The notes below the pieces were generated by a model that worked only from the letters and a program-made list of their open reading frames with translations, did not search any database and had not been told where the DNA came from. Shown here one piece after another: positions 52,199-62,894 of a stretch of 64,000 bases of DNA. A program made the position numbers and the translations under genes. The DNA lies in assembly GCA_040954595.2 (NCBI GenBank), contig CM082597.2, forward strand, positions 6,205,244 to 6,269,243. Direction: 5' to 3'. This DNA comes from Balanoglossus misakiensis. Its lineage: Eukaryota > Animalia > Hemichordata. The stretch's first letter is position 1; the number at the start of each line of letters is the position of its first letter.

Positions 52199-53525
52199 GT
52201 GGATTTTGTGCATCAGTCATTAGTACAAACTTGAAATGGTAGCGTCTAATGCGAATCAACATGGAAACCTTAAAAGCAGAAGGAAATATATTAACACTTT
52301 CCTCTGGAAAGCTGCATTGGGAAGGAGTAAACGTGTTGTGGGGAATGTTGGGGAGGGGATCTGGTGGAATAGCCATGCTGTTCTGTCAATACCCCCTGGT
52401 TGCAATGTCATTAACATCTCCCTGAACAAATGGGACATATAACATGAATATTTAATGAGGAATGAGATGGGGGGGGGGGTGAAACATGTTGCATGGGAAC
52501 AGCCTCAGTGATGACTCATCATAGTCCGATGACGATGCAATATGATACAAGCAGAAGTTGTAAAATGACTTTGGACTTAAATGGCGACAATCGTCTTGTG
52601 CGCATGTGCCAAACCAGAGACCCCTGTCACAAAAATTGTATACAGTCAATGCCATAAGGCAGTGTGCTGTCCTAACAACAGACAAGATGGCGGTGACCAT
52701 AGTCTGTCTCGGAGATCAGGAAAAACCAGCAAATTGGGTGAAAGGAATGGACAAAACTAAAGTCTACTTATATGGTGCACATGAAATATGAAAGGAGGCG
52801 AAGGCAGTCTACTATTTGAATGCCTTGAGAGCAAAATTTGCAGAAATTTGGACGAAATGTTTGTACACACAAATATGGTCAAAAGTTTAAAAGTAAACAA
52901 ATGTAATTTGGAGATTATGGGAACTGGTCCGTTAGGGTCATCCACTTCTTTGATACAGTCTGTGTCAAAAGGCCACTGACCCCCCCCCCTCCCCATGCAA
53001 AGCAGAAAGGGCCTCCCCTTGAATTTCACAAATGGGGTGACTCATATTTTATCACGAGAGAAATCAGAAACCATTAATATATAGACTAAATATTTTTTTT
53101 TTTTTGCAAATTAGCCACTGCTCTATCAGAAATTCCTTGGAAGAACATCGCCTGGCCTAAGGCATTGAGAAAATTAAGTTTATCAAAATTTAGGGGCTGT
53201 TCTACTTGAGTATGACATGTATAATCGTTTACCGTAACATGTTTTACTATAGTATAACATACAAAGTTGCGGCAATTAAATATTTTCATATGCATCAATA
53301 GCTCACGGACACAATAGTTGGTGATAAAAGCACATCAATTTAAGAACGCACACACAATGACCTTTCTAGCAATACATGTTAAAGTTTGTTGGAGAAACGA
53401 AATACAGTTCATAAAAGTATAGAAATGTTCGGTACAAAATATGGATGAGGAAAAATGGCGCAAGTTTAAACCCCGGTGCGAAACTATTCACCTCGCCCAA
53501 TGGGGGCGCTCTGCTACACTCGGCC

Positions 53526-53574
53526 CAGTCTGGTCCCCTGCCCCATTCCCACCGCTGGCTGCGCTACCAGACTA
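53526..53574. mobile_element. 49 bp minimal derivative of the outer AcademH-like family, 9 bp TSD
   Basis: cactcggcc|cagtctggtcccctgccccattcccaccgctggctgcgctaccagacta|cactcggcc. Confidence 0.75.
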
Positions 53575-53994
53575 CACTCGGCCTTTGGTAAACCAGCGCA
53601 TGCGCACAACCATTGGGCATGGAAAGCGTTCAAGGCACTGGAGGTCAAGCGTTATTTCAAAACAACCGCCTAACAATAAACCGGGTTTTACCGTTAATTG
53701 GCGTCAATTGGAAAATCTTGAAATGTACAGGTACACACCCGCAATGATGAAGTTTCGCCTTCGCTTACCTCGATGACAAAGTTTGTGGTGAACATTAAAA
53801 GAGCTTTACCAACAGAAACTCTGACGATGACAGTAGATCCAAATTTATCCATCCAGCTACCAACCTGGCTTCGCAAATGATCGCCATTCACCGAATGATG
53901 GATCTTGGATAAAGCTATGTCAACGAAAAATGTGTTGACCTAAGTCATATTTAGACAAATGTGACAGAGTCTTTCTCGACACGTATAAACATTT

Positions 53995-54084
53995 TCTGTT
54001 GTCTGTCTGTCTGTCCGTCTGTCTGTCGGTAGGTCCGTCTGTCTGTCTGTCTGTCTGTCCGTCCGTCTGTCTGTCGGTAGGTCC

Positions 54085-54147
<63 letters not shown>

Positions 54148-54192
54148 AGTCAGTCAGCAGGTCTGTCTGTCTGTCTGTCTATCAGTCTGTCT
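53995..54192. repeat. (TGTC)n microsatellite
   Basis: Direct reading. Confidence 0.95.
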
Positions 54193-55037
54193 ATGATATA
54201 AATGGAATCAAAATGGGAAGGATTATGATCTGCTGGGTACCTCTGTTAGTATGTTGGATGCAGGTGGAAATGTACTCTCAGCTTTCGGACATGGCTGATT
54301 CCCCACAGAAGTCCCTATACGAGGGAAACGTCCGAAGGGTGACGGATGTACTATGTGCAGATGTTTTCGGGATTATTACTCCATATTTTCGTTTATAATC
54401 TGGGCGTGTTTCTTCCACCCCGGGTTTTGAGACTTCTTTTGAAAACGTATAAAATTCAATCAACATTATAGAACGAAATAATACCTTTCAGTAGGTCGAT
54501 CTTTGTCGGCGGATTTTCCACTAATCTTATTAGTTGCCCGATTCCTCCCACCATACGGGTAACACCATAGATAATTTTCTGAGATTTCTTCCCGTATGTA
54601 ACTCAGATTACATAGCATGACTCACCGAGACACACCATACTCAATAAATAGTGAGTGTTTTTCAAGGAAAAGAGATCTCAAATTGGTTAGTATCTTAACA
54701 CAGGTCCGGGTAGGTACATGTTCTTCATTCAATTGTCTTTGCATGGGGTGAACCATTACATTTTCCTCAGACGGTATGTTTGCAGTTGACTGCTGCGTGT
54801 GCGAAATATTCTTTGAAATTCAATTTTGATGATCGATACCATGCTAGAGAATCCGTTTTTGTTATTTTGATTTCAAAGTTCTACTGTAGAACAATAACAA
54901 ACAGCCCCATGCTTGCGTTAGGAACTAGACATAGTTTTCGTTCTGTGTCTGTACCAGCCAGCCTACCTACCTACCTATCTACCTTGCTACCACTTGCTAC
55001 GTACGTACGTTCGCGCGTGCGTATGTGTGTATGGGTA

Positions 55038-55249
55038 TACTGTAAAACACTTTATTTTCGCGAGCAATTAATTTTCGCCAAATACGCGAGAGCCAAAATA
55101 GCGTGAATATAAAAAGTCGCGTAAATTGTTTTTGAGGATAACGATGCAGTGAATGAAATAAGAGAACGCGAAAATTAATACTCGCGAAACAGTGGCCTCT
55201 CTTGATATCGCGAAAAATTTAACTCGCGAAAATAAAGTGTTTTACAGTA
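55038..55249. mobile_element. TA-flanked MITE copy immediately upstream of the lectin gene
   Basis: Same TIRs as 10881-11095. Confidence 0.8.
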
Positions 55250-55308
55250 TATGCAGACAGGTATATAATCACAGTTCCTCTTTTTTCAAGTTTCGGATAA
55301 CGCTCACA

Positions 55309-55377
55309 ATGGATTTGAGATTGTTTGTTTTGTTCGTCTGCGCTATGTGCGTGCAAGCACAAGACCATGGTATTGGG
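55309..55377 (+). CDS. C-type lectin exon 1 (signal peptide)
   Basis: acaATGg start; MDLRLFVLFVCAMCVQA-QDHGIG (hydrophobic core, VQA cleavage site); |gtaagt donor; tatataa ~45 bp upstream. Confidence 0.75.
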
Positions 55378-55480
55378 GTAAGTAACCATACATCACGAGT
55401 ATAAAGAAACTTTGTTGCGGTTTGTGTTTACGGTGTTTAGACTGTCACACCAGAAAGTAAAGTATTCCTACAAATCTTAA

Positions 55481-56592
55481 AGGCACATGAGCTGCAACTG
55501 GATAAAGAAAAGTTTTGAATCATCCTCTGTATGCCTTTAATTATGTCTATAAAATGATATTTCATGATAGTATATCAAGATCAACACTTATTTATGACAA
55601 AATGGCCAAAAATTACAGAAACTCGAAAATTCCTGCAATATTGCAATGAAAAATGAAAATGTAATATCTCAGTGGAGTACATTTAATTCCATAAGTTCTC
55701 GTGGATGAGACCATGCTTTTTTTTTTTCTTTTTTTTTCTCTTTTATTAAAAATCCTTACGTAATAAATGCAAAAGAGATAGAAAAATACAATCAAATCAA
55801 ATTATAAACTTTTTCAAATATATCCATTATGTTGGCTCTGCAATATATTTTTTTCTCTATGTTATATCTTAACTTAAATTCGTTCTTAAATACAACTTCA
55901 ATTGGTGTGTTCGTGTGACATATCCAATACTTATGAATGCTCCATTTACCCAGCAAAATCAAAAATTGTAGTACAAGGTTATAGTCTTTTGGGATGGTGT
56001 TGTCAAAAGAGTCAGCGAAAATTATATTAAGAGGAGTCACTCGTAGTGTTCTCCCTGTAATATTACAGATAATGTTGTTGACCTTTGTCCAGCACCTTTC
56101 AGCAATTTTACAATCTAAAAATCTATGTTCCAAGGAATCTTCTTGAGGACAAACAGGACAGTACATATAGTCTTTCAGCTTCCAAAAATACAAATATTTG
56201 TTGCACGGAAGTAAACGGTTTAAAAGTTTCCATTGAAAAGCTCTAAGTTTTATCTCGTAAGTAATGGTGTACACACGTTTCCAAATGTTACGACTTACCA
56301 CATCAATATCCCTAGGTGTAACTTGAAGATTGTGAAACCATTTTTCAAGACCATGCTTTGTTTATGAAATTTCATACCCAAAAATACAATGTCTTCATTT
56401 TCCCACGGTGGCGGCTATATTCCTTTGCGGCAAAGCTTTATTGTGTATCTGGTTAAAACTTGCATATGCACTCATATTTGGGGTTTATAATGCTTGTGTA
56501 TAGTTCAGTGCCTTCATCTGCGTGGTCTAATGGTTGTACAGTTTGGAAGAAAATTATGAAAAATTATCCCAAAAGTTGCAACGTATGTGCCT
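55481..56592. mobile_element. TTAA-flanked Kolobok-like element carrying a nested LINE
   Basis: ttaa|aggcacatgagctgcaact ... agttgcaacgtatgtgcct|ttaa. Confidence 0.7.
55720..56347 (-). mobile_element. 5'-truncated L1/Tx1-clade LINE (zf-RVT C-terminus) with A-rich tail and 12 bp TSD
   Basis: KLRAFQWKLLNRLLPCNKYL...CPVCPQEDSLEHRFLDC (CCHC-type motif); T-run at 55717-55747; TSD agaccatgcttt at 55708-55719 and 56348-56359. Confidence 0.88.
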
Positions 56593-56665
56593 TTAACAAT
56601 ACACATGCGTTCCTGCCATTTTTAAGGAGAAAGCATATAAGTTAACATGCATTTTCCACTTTCAG

Positions 56666-56695
56666 GGAATTAACCGCCGTTCACCAAGGTTCGGG
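56666..56695 (+). CDS. Putative lectin micro-exon A (GINRRSPRFG)
   Basis: ttttccactttcag|30 nt|gtaagc; phase 0-0. Confidence 0.6.
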
Positions 56696-56769
56696 GTAAG
56701 CATGTTCACTCTTTTGTTTTAATTTTATTCTAAACTTTTTCACCACCATCATGGTTCTACCCGGCCTAA

Positions 56770-57084
56770 AGGGACCAAGTCTCTCTCTCGCTGCCCTTTT
56801 CCATTAATTATGTTTGATACAAGACACTGTTTGTGTTATTCTACACGTCAATATATTGTGAGTCAATGTTCAACCACACACGACTTTCATCCTACTTGTA
56901 GACGCGAAAGTGAAAAACTCGCCAAAATGAATAATCGGTGTTTACCATTTATTCATTTTGGTGAGATTTTTACTCTCATATCCTACAAACAGGATGGAAG
57001 TTGTGTGTTGTTGAATGTTGATTCATATCCACATGTAGAATAATACAAATGCTGTCTGGTATGCGAGAGAGAAACATTGTTCCT
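56770..57084. mobile_element. Kolobok-like MITE family A, copy 4 (truncated copy 5 at 57240-~57536, opposite orientation)
   Basis: Same termini and internal sequence as 4611-4958, more diverged. Confidence 0.8.
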
Positions 57085-57174
57085 TTAACAAAAATTTACT
57101 TTTCGTAGCGTTCCCGTCAATTTAATGTAAAAAAAACATATCAGTCGACGACAACATGTATTTTCCCCTTTCAG

Positions 57175-57204
57175 GGTATTAACCGCCGTTCACCAGTTTT
57201 CGGG
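57175..57204 (+). CDS. Putative lectin micro-exon B (GINRRSPVFG)
   Basis: ttttcccctttcag|30 nt|gtgaga; paralog of micro-exon A. Confidence 0.6.
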
Positions 57205-57952
57205 GTGAGAATAAGTCCTCACTTTGTTTTTAATTTTAAAGGGACAAAGTCTCTCTCTCGCAGCCATTTTTTTCATTAATTATGTTTGATACAAGACACC
57301 GTTTATGTTATTCTACATGTGGATATATAGTGAATAAACGTTCGACCACAAACAACTTCCATCCCGTTTGTAGGATATGAGAGTAAAAATCTCGCCAAAA
57401 TAAATAAATGGTAAACACATAGATTATTCATTTTTGTGAGTTGTTCACTCTTGTGTATACAAGCGGGATGGAAGGTGTGTGTGGTTGAACATTGATTCAC
57501 TATATATCCACACGTTCATTAACATAAAACGGTGTCCGGTACCTTTAGGCTTACTTGAGTGCTTCTACGAGTGAGGCACCACAGCTTTTAACATGAAAGC
57601 TCGTTATATATTGGGGATTCAGAAAGAAAACGAGTTTATTTAAAAAGTGTTATGAGAGATATAGAGATATAAAAACATGGATCATGTCAGTTACTCAAAA
57701 CATGTGTGTTCCGACTCACATCATTTAAATGTGGCTAAGCTAATCAAATTACGCGTACCTTGGGAATTAGGGGAGTTACTTGCTACCAGGGCAGGGTTTG
57801 GCCAATTCTGGAAAATTGGTACCAAATATTTTTCTATATGTTTCTTAAACCTAGTAATTTGTTTATTTTGAATGAACGTTGGATCTGTTTGATGCCATAT
57901 TATGATCGATAATTAAAATGTGTTTCTTTACTTTCTTTGGATATCTTACTAG

Positions 57953-57971
57953 ACCGGGCATGCCCTAGCAG
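57953..57971 (+). CDS. Putative 19 nt lectin micro-exon (RACPS-R)
   Basis: tcttactag|accgggcatgccctagcag|gttagt; ends in phase 2 as the next exon needs, and supplies a CP motif typical of long-form CTLD starts. Confidence 0.6.
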
Positions 57972-58020
57972 GTTAGTGAACATCTATGTCATTACGTTTG
58001 ATATTTAGTGGATAGGTTTT

Positions 58021-58217
58021 TACACACACATACATACATACATACATACATACATACATACATACATACATACATACATACATACATACATACATACATA
58101 CATACATACATACATACATACATACATACATACATACATACATACATACATACATACATACATACATACATACATACATACATACATACATACATACATA
58201 CATACATACATACACAC

Positions 58218-58270
<53 letters not shown>

Positions 58271-58290
58271 TACATACATACATACATACA
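58021..58290. repeat. (TACA)n/(CA)n microsatellite in a lectin intron
   Basis: Direct reading. Confidence 0.95.
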
Positions 58291-58365
58291 ATTTCTCAAC
58301 AACAATCAAAATGTCCCTTTGAACATAGACTTAACTCTCACTTATTTCTGTCACTTCACATGAAG

Positions 58366-58761
58366 ATTCACCGTACGTGTTGATGGCGACTGTATGTGTA
58401 TGGTCTATGAAGTTTACTGCCAGCAACCTGATGACAACCGTCCCTATTTCCACGGTGCCGAAAACCATTGCACGGAGGTGTCTGTGAGCCCACATGGACC
58501 CAAAGGCCGGCTGGCCATTCTCAGAAACAGCACCATCGACTCCATGGTGCGCGACTTCATCAAGACGAACAACTTCCACCAACCGCCCTGCATCACTAGA
58601 CATGGATTCTGGATTGGTTTGCTTGACCATCTGGAAGAGGGGAAATTTGTCTGGAGCGATGGGGGCGCACTCTGTCAAGACGACTTCAGGAACTGGGCTC
58701 CCGGTGAACCCAACAACAACGTCAACAAGGACCCGAACGGACAAGGTTGCGTTCAGTTATG
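58366..58761 (+). CDS. C-type lectin domain, main exon
   Basis: FHGAENHC...GRLAIL...FWIGLLDHLEEGKFVWSDG...FRNWAPGEPNN...CVQLW contains the WIGL and EPN motifs; TG|gtaag donor. Confidence 0.93.
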
Positions 58762-58836
58762 GTAAGAAGTTCATTACAGTCGAAGGAATCAGATATGTTT
58801 GTCGTACAAAACGTGGTCTCGCTGTTTTGTCTTTAA

Positions 58837-59185
58837 AGCCCCTACAGCTGCCCAATTTCACATTATTTATACAGTTAAATACTTCAAATATATTCCCTAT
58901 CCTCTAAAATCCTCACCATTAAGCCATATTACTTGCATTTGCATCAGTTTGTCATCTCTTGGTGACGCATACCATGATAGCTGCGTACTGTCTGTATGGA
59001 GGCTGATTAAATCGGTGCGGCACCGTTTAAATACATAGCGTGTTGGAATTGCAACATCAATCACAATCGAGCATCGATAAGATGTTCATGTATACATATC
59101 AGTAAGCTTATTTAGATAGACCAATTTAAGTTGGAAAATAAAATCACGAAATAATGCAAAAATTAAAGTGGCTGCTCTAGAGGCT
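58837..59185. mobile_element. Kolobok-like family B copy in a lectin intron
   Basis: ttaa|agcccctacagctgcc ... ctctagaggct|ttaa; homologous to 2944-3290. Confidence 0.75.
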
Positions 59186-59313
59186 TTAAATACGATCATT
59201 GTTCTCATAAAAGAATATTCTCACAACATCTGTCCTGGTCGAACGATTTCTACAAATACATTGTAGCCTACATGTACACAGCTACCAATATGCTAACTGT
59301 TGATATCTTACAG

Positions 59314-59393
59314 GTATCGATTTGGACACGATGGTTTATGGGATGACGAATACTGTGACGTCAAACCAAAGGGTTTCGTTTGTGAAATTCCAG
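59314..59393 (+). CDS. C-type lectin exon (WDD motif and final CTLD cysteines)
   Basis: (W)YRFGHDGLWDDEYCDVKPKGFVCEIP; ttacag| and |gtacga; phase 2 to 1. Confidence 0.92.
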
Positions 59394-59572
59394 GTACGAG
59401 ATGAATATAGTAATCGAAAATACACATAGTAGGAAATTATTTTCAATTTGTGATATTTTCGTTACATTAAGGTGCGAAAGAATGGAGACCACATAATGAA
59501 CAGAAGTTGCATGATTTTAAAATTTATGAGTTTTCACTGAGTCAATTTTGTTTTTATTTTTTGTCTTTCCAG

Positions 59573-59613
59573 ATCCGTACTGCTTCAGTCTTCAAACCAG
59601 TGCCAGTGGCTGA
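59573..59613 (+). CDS. C-type lectin last coding exon
   Basis: Strong pyrimidine tract with ccag|; (D)PYCFSLQTSASG*; AATAAA at 59794-59799. Confidence 0.8.
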
Positions 59614-60132
59614 ATGTGAACATGATTTAGCCCGCACCAAAGAAATGACATGACCGTGATTATGTTATGCTTTTAGAAAGATAAATTCATTCTCGATCTG
59701 GTCCTTTTCATCAAATGAGCTCATGTGTGCATGGTTGCCTGTAGTTACACAATTTAATAGTCTTTCGCTGTTTACTTAGTAGAGATGCATAACAATAAAA
59801 TAAATCATAATCAACCCAATTGTTTACTCTTTATTTTGTGTATTTTAGCTAAGAATTTGACACGCATGTTCTGATTTGCGGTTGTCTAGTGCGCATGCGT
59901 CATTCTCAGGCTTTGTCATAGTAACCTTTACTCCGTGAACTTGACAATATGGCCCCATAACCACAAAGCATTGATTTTTCAACACATAGCCAGGGAGATT
60001 TATCAAGCAACATGGATGAAATCTAGTTTTATATTAGCAAGGACGACAAGAGTGTTGCCCTTATAAAAATTCAGAATTGTTTGTGAGAGAGAGGGAGGCC
60101 ACGGTTTCGACACGGATTACTAGAACAGGGAC

Positions 60133-60213
60133 AAGTCTCGGTTACCCAGACCCCTCTGCTTCTTCCGTTTGGGCACTCCAGAAGAAGCAGAGGAGTCTGG
60201 GTAACCGAGACTA
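60133..60213. mobile_element. ~80 bp hairpin derivative of the inner AcademH-like family
   Basis: agtctcggttacccagac...gtctgggtaaccgagacta with a degenerate 10 bp TSD (gaacagggac / gaacagcgcc). Confidence 0.7.
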
Positions 60214-60619
60214 GAACAGCGCCAAGCAGTGTGGGCAAGTAAAAATACTGAAGCGAAGCTATTCAGCCTCTTTCGCAAATTACAATATTAACCGCAATAG
60301 TACTGTGAACGGAAGCCTAGAGGAACAGAAACATCAAGTAGCGTTCATGATAATGTTATGCTTTTATTGAGAAACGTTGAAATGGGCAGGTTTAAAAAAA
60401 TAAGGAAACCCCAAAAAGGCCAATATTTCATCGTGGTAAACGATGGGTAAGTTGTTAGAGGCGTCTTTCGCAGACAAGCAAGGTGACCTCGTATCGCTCG
60501 TTTTACCTTGTCCGTGATATGTATGTTGATGACATACGCAGTTTGCAGGCTTGTTTATAAAACGTGATTTACGACGGTGATGTCTGTACATTTTCACTAC
60601 ATGTACTGTTTTATAAAGT

Positions 60620-60660
60620 CTGCGGAAGAGGCTTAGTCACGTGACTGTGGTTTGCACTAC
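60620..60660. promoter_or_regulatory. Candidate promoter of the LRR-caspase gene (ETS-like cggaag and palindromic E-box AGTCACGTGACT)
   Basis: Motifs seen directly, followed by a possible donor (ccg|gtatgt, ~60753) and a non-coding exon candidate at ~62525-62695. Confidence 0.35.
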
Positions 60661-62295
60661 ATCCTTCCTGCTTGTAAGTTGAACGATGGAGATTTTCACC
60701 TTGTAGCGAATTGTTCATCAAATGTTCTGAAGTCACCCGATATATCGGACCGGTATGTAGCTTTAGCTTTCTAAGGCAAGTGCTCTTTGAATTAATTTTC
60801 GTGTTTGTTGGTCAGAATCATGTACACAGCCGAGACTCGAAATGTCGTGTACGACTAGACAGTGTAGACAAATATGGCGACTGTAATGAGTAAACAACAT
60901 CATAGCATGCTTTGGAAATGAAATGAAATGAAATGAAATGGTGGTGGTTTTTGCCGAAATTGCAATCGTTGCCAACACTTATTAAGCAGCTACAGCCAAT
61001 GACCACCCGATATAGTTTAGAATGTAATAGTTAATGTGCTTTTCTGAACAAAAAACATGACAATGTTCAAGAAATATAAATCACGCCTTCTGTAAACGCC
61101 CACTCAAAAACACCAAACGCCAACGTTCCTGTTTCCATGTCACCTGTAGTTACACCACAGGGAACATAAAACATGATATAGGTATATTGTTGTTGGTGTT
61201 GATGTTTACGTGCTTTTGTTAATGTTGTTGGAAAATAAAATAGGTGCATTGTTAGATCCCCTTTGGTTATGTATATATGTACCATGGGACCTTATGGAAT
61301 CGGTTGCGTATGTCTGTAATAATAATTTGTTTGTTTATATTGTTGTTGTTGTTCAACTTGTTGGCTAATAAAATTGAATCCATAAGTTGTCGGTGTTGTA
61401 ATTTGTAAATAATATCAAAAGAACAACAATTACTGGGGCCCGCTCTAAAACTAGGGTTAGGGTTTTCTGGTACATCCATGGTTGGGACCCAGTGTTTTTC
61501 ATAGTTGTGGAGCCCTAGTAATTATGTCGTTCTTTTTCTCTTATTCACAACGCCAACAAGGTAAAGGAATCAATGTTTTTATCAAACAGCAAAATCATGT
61601 CAACAACAACAACAACAACAACAAAACATACCAATATCATATAACTCTGACATTCTTGCATGGCTCGAAATTAACTAGCCTGTCACATGCCAACTGACTA
61701 CTAACTTTGCAAAATGGTAGTCACCACAACTTCCACAGTTTGTGTTCATCGGGAGACCAAGATGTTTTTCGTATGGAACTTGAAATTTAGTTGTGTGTGT
61801 TTTTCCAGATATGCAGCAAACCTAGTACAAAGACTGACAGAAAATGTGCTTTTCACGTGCAACAGGAAATACTGGTACATGTGCTTGTATCATGGTATAG
61901 TACACGTACTCAGTTATTTCCTGTTGTTTGGCCAACAATTGACCTCATAACCTTTTGGCAACATGGAACTTGATTCAAAATGACAGTGGCCTCAGGGAAA
62001 AGGTTTATTGTAGTGGTTGTCAGTCATGAATTTTGAAATACAGCATTGTTTTACAAAAGGAAATAATTATAGACATTATTGTCAGACGGTCACTGATAAA
62101 AGAGTAGAGGTCAGTTTAGTTCCAGGAATGAGTGACTGTATGTCGTGCGCTTTCTACCTGTGGTATTTCTGAAATATTATCTTCCTAGTTGATGTGAATT
62201 CCACTATTGTGCATGCCCTCTCAATAGCCAGTCCTAACAGCACAGTAACCAAACTAGAGCCATGGGGTATACAGAATATTGTATCTTTCTCCCCA

Positions 62296-62334
<39 letters not shown>

Positions 62335-62894
62335 ACACGTAAGGGTCAATTAACTTTTAACAATTAATTTTTATGTTTTTTTTTAGGTCCCTTTGGTGTA
62401 TCATTATGTATACCAGTGGGACCTTATGGGATTGGTTGCATCTGTATGTATGTATGTAGGTCTGTCCACATCAAACACTCGAAAACTGTTGCGCATATTA
62501 CCTCAATATTTTTTTGTTTTTCAGATGTTTGTGGCTGTCGAGTTCACCGGATAATCACACTGCAGTAGAGGGAACTTGTCGCAGAAGATAGTGTTTCAAA
62601 GGTGTTGCAGGGAGCAGTCAACAAACGGAAAACAGGACATTGGAAATTCGATCTCTCTGATTATAATTAATTGTAATGACTGACTGATACAGAAGGTTAT
62701 GGACATTACATGCACAGAAACGGAGAAACTAAATTCGATGTCAGAAAGGAGATTTATTTCATCATGTATAAGTGTGTGACATTGAGGTTCATTTATTTGC
62801 TATCTGATCAATAGGCACTTCACAAAGTGTAAATTGCAAAATAGCTGTTCCAGTTTAAATTTTCTTTGACAAGGTTAGGACAAAATAGTACAGC

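Noticed and set aside
56666-56695. SPRFG as an RFamide neuropeptide
   Set aside because: The Gly is not followed by a basic cleavage site in the spliced product, and the paralog reads SPVFG.
57973-58322. ORFs of 87-110 aa (CMYV/HTYI repeats)
   Set aside because: Translations of the (TACA)n microsatellite; the same applies to ORFs at 34048, 37427, 43470-43795 and 53999.
62297-62333. 37 nt poly-G tract as a functional G-quadruplex
   Set aside because: Poly-G/C runs are scattered across the window and homopolymer lengths are unreliable.
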